Part shown: positions 59,765 to 64,000 of the stretch, one piece after another
Numbering within the stretch: the stretch's first letter is position 1
How the letters are laid out: each line of letters opens with the position of its first letter
Source of the DNA: Candidatus Poribacteria bacterium
GTDB lineage: Bacteria > Poribacteria > WGA-4E > WGA-3G
Assembly: GCA_963663765.2 (NCBI GenBank)
Contig: CAXXUA010000013.1
Span: forward strand, 640,001-704,000
DNA: 64,000 nt
Direction: 5' to 3'
Program-made: the position numbers and the translations under genes
Notes under the pieces: generated by a model
Database searches by the model: none
Told to the model about the DNA's origin: nothing
What the model saw: only the letters and a program-made list of their open reading frames with translations

Positions 59765-59792
59765 TGTTGTGTTGATTCAAAATAATAACGTA

Positions 59793-59949
59793 CAGGACTT
59801 ACGCAGTTATCATGATTTAATCAAGAATTGTGATGAAAATGATGTAATTTTCTACATTATTTGTGTTCCAGCGCGCTTACAAAGCACCAAATCAACGGTA
59901 TGAATGCCGTTTAGGCATTCCCCGCCTACCGTTAGGTGCGTAAGTCCTG
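59793..59949. mobile_element. MITE with the IS701-element TIRs
   Basis: Perfect 13-bp TIRs; AACGTA at 59787-59792 and 59950-59955. Confidence 0.85.
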
Positions 59950-59964
59950 AACGTAAATCTGAAA

Positions 59965-60999
59965 TTGGAGAAATATTTTATGGACAAAATTAGAATTGCT
60001 TTTATTGGTTGTGGTGGGATGTCATCGATATTACAACAGTGCATTCCGATGATACCTGAGTTTGAATTTGTTGCTACATGTGATCTTGTTGAAAACAAAG
60101 CGAAGTCAAACGCACGGAGATTTGGTGCACTTCGCCACTATACAGATTATAATGAGATGTTCAAAAATGAAGACCTTTATGCGGTAGCAGTTGTCGGCAG
60201 ACCTGAGGATAAACTACATCGGGATATCGGTATTGCATGTCTTCAACAAGGTTATCATATCTATACTGAAAAACCGCCAGCAACTACATCGGAAGGCGCG
60301 AAAATGCTCGTAGATGCTTCTGTTGAAACCGGAAAGACAGGTATGGTTGGCACGATGTGGCGGCATGCACCCGCGCATCAAATCGCAAAACGTTTAATTG
60401 ACGAAGATGATTTTGGAACTGCATGCCAATACCATACGCGATATCTTGCGCCAGGACCTCGGCTGAATCAAGCAGGTTCACCCTTTGCATGGCCCTTCAT
60501 GCTTGACCAAGTCATTCATCCGACTGACTGTATGCGTTTCTTTATGGGACAGGTCAGTGAAGTTTATGCAAGCGGCACAGTTGATGCACCATCCAGTTGT
60601 GTGTCAATATCCGTAAACTTGCGTTATGAAAATGGTGGTATGGGTACGATGACACTCGGCACAGGTCCCGTTTTAGAAGCTATGGTTTTCATCAAAGGCA
60701 CTAACAATCAGGCTATACAGGTATTTGAGACACGTAAGTTGCGTCGTTACCGTGTCCCAACTTGGCTTGGTCATGGTGGTGGTTATGCCGATACACCAAC
60801 TGAGGAGTGGGATCTAAATACAGCATATCACAGTATTAGCAGACCCGGTTATCTGGAAGAGATGCAGCATTGGGCACACTCCTTACAAGCAGGCACACAA
60901 CCGCATTCAAGCCTTGAAGATGCATATCAGAACATGCGTGTTTTAGAAGCAATTAGCCGTAGTGTTGAAACTGGTGAAGTTGTTAAAATAGCGGTATAG
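59965..60999 (+). CDS. Gfo/Idh/MocA family oxidoreductase
   Basis: RIAFIGCG, HIYTEKPP, LDQVIHPTD. Confidence 0.9.
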   Translation: MEKYFMDKIRIAFIGCGGMSSILQQCIPMIPEFEFVATCDLVENKAKSNARRFGALRHYTDYNEMFKNEDLYAVAVVGRPEDKLHRDIGIACLQQGYHIYTEKPPATTSEGAKMLVDASVETGKTGMVGTMWRHAPAHQIAKRLIDEDDFGTACQYHTRYLAPGPRLNQAGSPFAWPFMLDQVIHPTDCMRFFMGQVSEVYASGTVDAPSSCVSISVNLRYENGGMGTMTLGTGPVLEAMVFIKGTNNQAIQVFETRKLRRYRVPTWLGHGGGYADTPTEEWDLNTAYHSISRPGYLEEMQHWAHSLQAGTQPHSSLEDAYQNMRVLEAISRSVETGEVVKIAV

Positions 61000-61238
61000 T
61001 TTTTTTTACGAAAATTGACTGAGTGTGTAATGTTTTGGCATCGTGTTGTCGTAATTGGTAGGTTTGTCAGAATCGCGGTTTACGCAGATTCGCGGATGGG
61101 ACTTTGTAGGGTGTGTATTCCATTCAGAAAAGAAGGCACAACTCAGGAATTGGGAATAATGCACTAAACTCAATAATCAGCGCAATCTGAGTAATTCTTG
61201 ATTCTGATAGGAAAAATGTCCCTTGAAATTACTAAAAA

Positions 61239-62273
61239 ATGATTGGAGTTTTATCTATGAAAAAAATAAGAGTTGCTTTTATCGGTTGTGGTCGAATGTC
61301 ATCACGCTTGCAGCAGTGCATTCCGATGATACCTGAGTTTGAATTTGTTGCTACATGCGATCTTGTTGAAAACAAAGCGAGGTCAAACGCACGTAAGTTT
61401 GGTGCACTACGTCACTATACAGATTATAATGAGATGTTTAAGAATGAAGATTTAAATGCTGTTGCCGTGGTAGGTAGACCTGATCCCATGCATCGCGACA
61501 TCGGTATTGAGTGTATGAAAAATGGCTATAACATCTATACCGAGAAACCACCCGCGTCAACCGTTGCAGGAGCAAAGATGCTGGTTGATACGTCTGTGGA
61601 AACTGGTAAAACAGGTATGGTAGGCACAATGTGGCGGCATGCCCCTGCGCATCAGATCGCAAAACGTTTGATTGACGAAGATGATTTTGGAGCTGCTTGT
61701 CAATACCATACACGGTATCTTGCGCCGGGACCTCGGCTTAAGCAAGCAGGTTCACCTTTTGCATGGCCCTTCATGCTGGATCAAGTCATACATCCAACTG
61801 ATGGCATGCGATTCTTTATGGGACAGGTCAGTGAAGTCTATGCAGTTGGTACAATTGATGCACCAACCAGTAATGTGTCAATATCTGTAAACCTAAAATA
61901 TGAAAATGGTGGAATTGGCACAATGACACTCGGCACCGGTCCCGTCTTAGAATCTATGGTGTTTATCAAAGGCACTAACAATCAAGCAATTCAAGTGTTT
62001 GAAACAATGAAGCTAAAACGGTATCGCGTCCCAACTTGGCTCGGAACTGGGGGTGGTTATATAGATACACCGACAGAAGAGTGGAGTATAAATTCCGCGT
62101 TCCACGGTATTAACAGACCCGGTTATCTGGAAGAGCTGCAGCATTGGGCACACTCCTTACAAGCAGGCACACAACCGCATTCAAGCCTTGAAGATGCATA
62201 TCAGAACATGCGTGTTTTAGAGGCGATAAGTCGTAGTGTTGAAACTGGTGAAGTTGTTAAAATAGCGGTATAG
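61239..62273 (+). CDS. Gfo/Idh/MocA family oxidoreductase, tandem paralog
   Basis: Same motifs; colinear with the preceding gene. Confidence 0.9.
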   Translation: MIGVLSMKKIRVAFIGCGRMSSRLQQCIPMIPEFEFVATCDLVENKARSNARKFGALRHYTDYNEMFKNEDLNAVAVVGRPDPMHRDIGIECMKNGYNIYTEKPPASTVAGAKMLVDTSVETGKTGMVGTMWRHAPAHQIAKRLIDEDDFGAACQYHTRYLAPGPRLKQAGSPFAWPFMLDQVIHPTDGMRFFMGQVSEVYAVGTIDAPTSNVSISVNLKYENGGIGTMTLGTGPVLESMVFIKGTNNQAIQVFETMKLKRYRVPTWLGTGGGYIDTPTEEWSINSAFHGINRPGYLEELQHWAHSLQAGTQPHSSLEDAYQNMRVLEAISRSVETGEVVKIAV

Positions 62274-63017
62274 TTTTTTTGTATGAGAATTGACTGAGTG
62301 TGTAATGTTTTCGGCATGGTGTTGTCAGACTTGCAGGGTTTGTCAGAATCGCGGATCACGCGAATTTCGCAGAATTCGCGAATTTTGCGGATGGGAGTTT
62401 TGTGCATTATTATCCAATCCTGAGTTGTAACTTCTTCTATGAATGGAACACAAACCAACAAACTCCGATCCGTGAAATCAGTGTATTCTGGGGAATGTCA
62501 AAGGCATTCATACCCGGGGAATGCCTAAAGAAGCATGCGCGTGTGGCATGCTCCATGATTCATACCGTTGATTTCTTGATTTCTTGATTTGAAAATTTTG
62601 GTTCAGACAAATGACAATTACATTACACTTTCCTCAACGTATGCAAAACTTTTTGCATACCCCTTCAACACAAGTATATTTAGTATTATAGTGAAATCTA
62701 AAAATATGTCCACGCTCCTTGGTAGGTTCGGTTTCTAACCAATACAGAATACCATACGCGTATTTTGCACGATTTACACTGGTTCGGTTAGGAAGTCGAA
62801 CCTACCGTCGCGTCCAAATAATTATGGATTTTACTATAATCATTTTTCACATTTTTGTGAGAAAATCGCGACCAGGAAATCAGCGGTATGAATGCCTTTT
62901 GGCATTCCCCAGGGCGCTATTATTGCGGATCATCTACCTTCACCAAACTTTCCTTGCAATCTCACTATAAATATGGTATCCTATTCTTTAAAGTAATATA
63001 CATACGGGGAAAAAGCA

Positions 63018-63824
63018 ATGAAATTGGGTTTATGCAGTATCGCTTTTCAGGATAAACCGTTAGACGAAGTAATCAATATCGCTTCTGATTACGGATTTGA
63101 CGGTATTGAAATTTGGGGTAAATCTCCGCACATGCCAGAAGAATACGATGAAACTCATGTAAAGAGCATTAAGGAGTTGACACAACAAAAGGGTTTAGAA
63201 ATTTCTGCTTATGGTTCCTATGTCAATCCACTGATGGAACTCCATCAAAAGCATTTTGAGGAAGCGTTTAAAATCGCCCAAGAACTTGGAACAAAGCTCG
63301 TAAGAATCTGGACCGGCGGCGGTCCTTCAAATTCTATTACTCCTTATGATAAACAGATGATACTATTCCGATTGGTCAGTTTGTCACAATGGGCAAATTT
63401 CAGAAGCCTAACAATGGGTATGGAGATGCACAACAATCAACTCACTGATACCGCTGATAGCATTTTAGATATAATTGAGAGGACCAATATATCTTCCCTG
63501 AAAACCTACTATCAACCACTTTCCCAACTCAGTGCTGAAGAAAACCAAACCGCTGCGCAAAAAATTGCACCTCACATTGTGAACGTCCATGCGCAGAACT
63601 TTGATGAACAGGGAAAGGCGTGTGCAATCTCCGATGGCGTTATTGATTATAGCAAAATCGTTGAGACCCTTAACGATGCTGATTATGATGGGTACATTCA
63701 GGTAGAATTTGTTCGTGGTGACAATAAACTGGAAGCACTACAGCGGGATAGAGACTACCTTGCAAGTTTGACTAATCCTTTAGTTGAAAGTTCGCTTAAA
63801 GATTTGGAAACCGAACCTGTATAA
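63018..63824 (+). CDS. Sugar phosphate isomerase/epimerase (AP endonuclease 2-type TIM barrel)
   Basis: GFDGIEIW, MEMHN, VNVHAQN, GVIDY, YDGYIQVEF. Confidence 0.85.
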   Translation: MKLGLCSIAFQDKPLDEVINIASDYGFDGIEIWGKSPHMPEEYDETHVKSIKELTQQKGLEISAYGSYVNPLMELHQKHFEEAFKIAQELGTKLVRIWTGGGPSNSITPYDKQMILFRLVSLSQWANFRSLTMGMEMHNNQLTDTADSILDIIERTNISSLKTYYQPLSQLSAEENQTAAQKIAPHIVNVHAQNFDEQGKACAISDGVIDYSKIVETLNDADYDGYIQVEFVRGDNKLEALQRDRDYLASLTNPLVESSLKDLETEPV

Positions 63825-63844
63825 ACAAACTCGGTTCTGTTTAG

Positions 63845-64000
63845 ATGCGATTAGAAGTCGGTATTATCGCGCTGGTCGAAGAGGTATTAGAAACACCTGC
63901 AGAAAGACGCGCACAATTTGAATGGCTCTGCAACAAACCGTCACGTGAGGATTTCGGAAGTTCTTATGACTTGCTCATGCAACTCTATGATGAACTCAAT
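63845..64000 (+). CDS. Partial hypothetical protein running off the right edge
   Basis: ATG 63845, open frame MRLEVGIIALVEEVLETPAERRAQFEWLCNK... to the window end. Confidence 0.5.
   Translation, partial: MRLEVGIIALVEEVLETPAERRAQFEWLCNKPSREDFGSSYDLLMQLYDELN

Larger units (their letters stand above)
55519..59768. repeat. ~475-bp direct repeat (55519-55993 and 59293-59768) covering the VOC gene and its upstream region
   Basis: Both copies start aaagacaattcacatg and end tttctataatgtt; scattered substitutions and one extra G. Confidence 0.9.

Noticed and set aside
55519-59768. Template/variable repeat pair of a diversity-generating retroelement
   Set aside because: No reverse transcriptase in the window and the differences between copies are not adenine-specific.

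Overview
AT-rich bacterial window. The gene content (giant LRR+cadherin protein, ECF sigma fused to Asp-box propellers, NHL protein, orphan BMC vertex gene, duplicated Gfo/Idh/MocA genes) resembles Candidatus Poribacteria or another host-associated marine lineage; this is inference only. From left to right: (1) a >2480-aa secreted LRR/cadherin-repeat protein running off the left edge, missed by the ORF track; (2) an ECF sigma fusion, a metal-uptake TonB operon led by a CxxC/RAPP leader ORF, gdhA, an NHL protein and a STAS/sigma pair; (3) a minus-strand defence island (about 22.3-39.5 kb) with a nuclease-STAND NTPase overlapping a HEPN-motif gene, five tandem Cap12/PycTIR-class TIR genes with variable N-termini, and a type III R-M system; (4) three nested IS elements; (5) housekeeping genes; (6) a DUF3800 gene with a convergent candidate small structured RNA next to a solo tnpB element, all inside a ~475-bp direct repeat. 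Intergenic DNA is dense with REP hairpins and at least seven MITE families. One family carries a phased 32-bp palindromic tandem array; another duplicates 21-22 bp of a REP hairpin on insertion. No tRNA, rRNA or true CRISPR array was recognised. All family assignments come from motif recognition by eye, not database searches.
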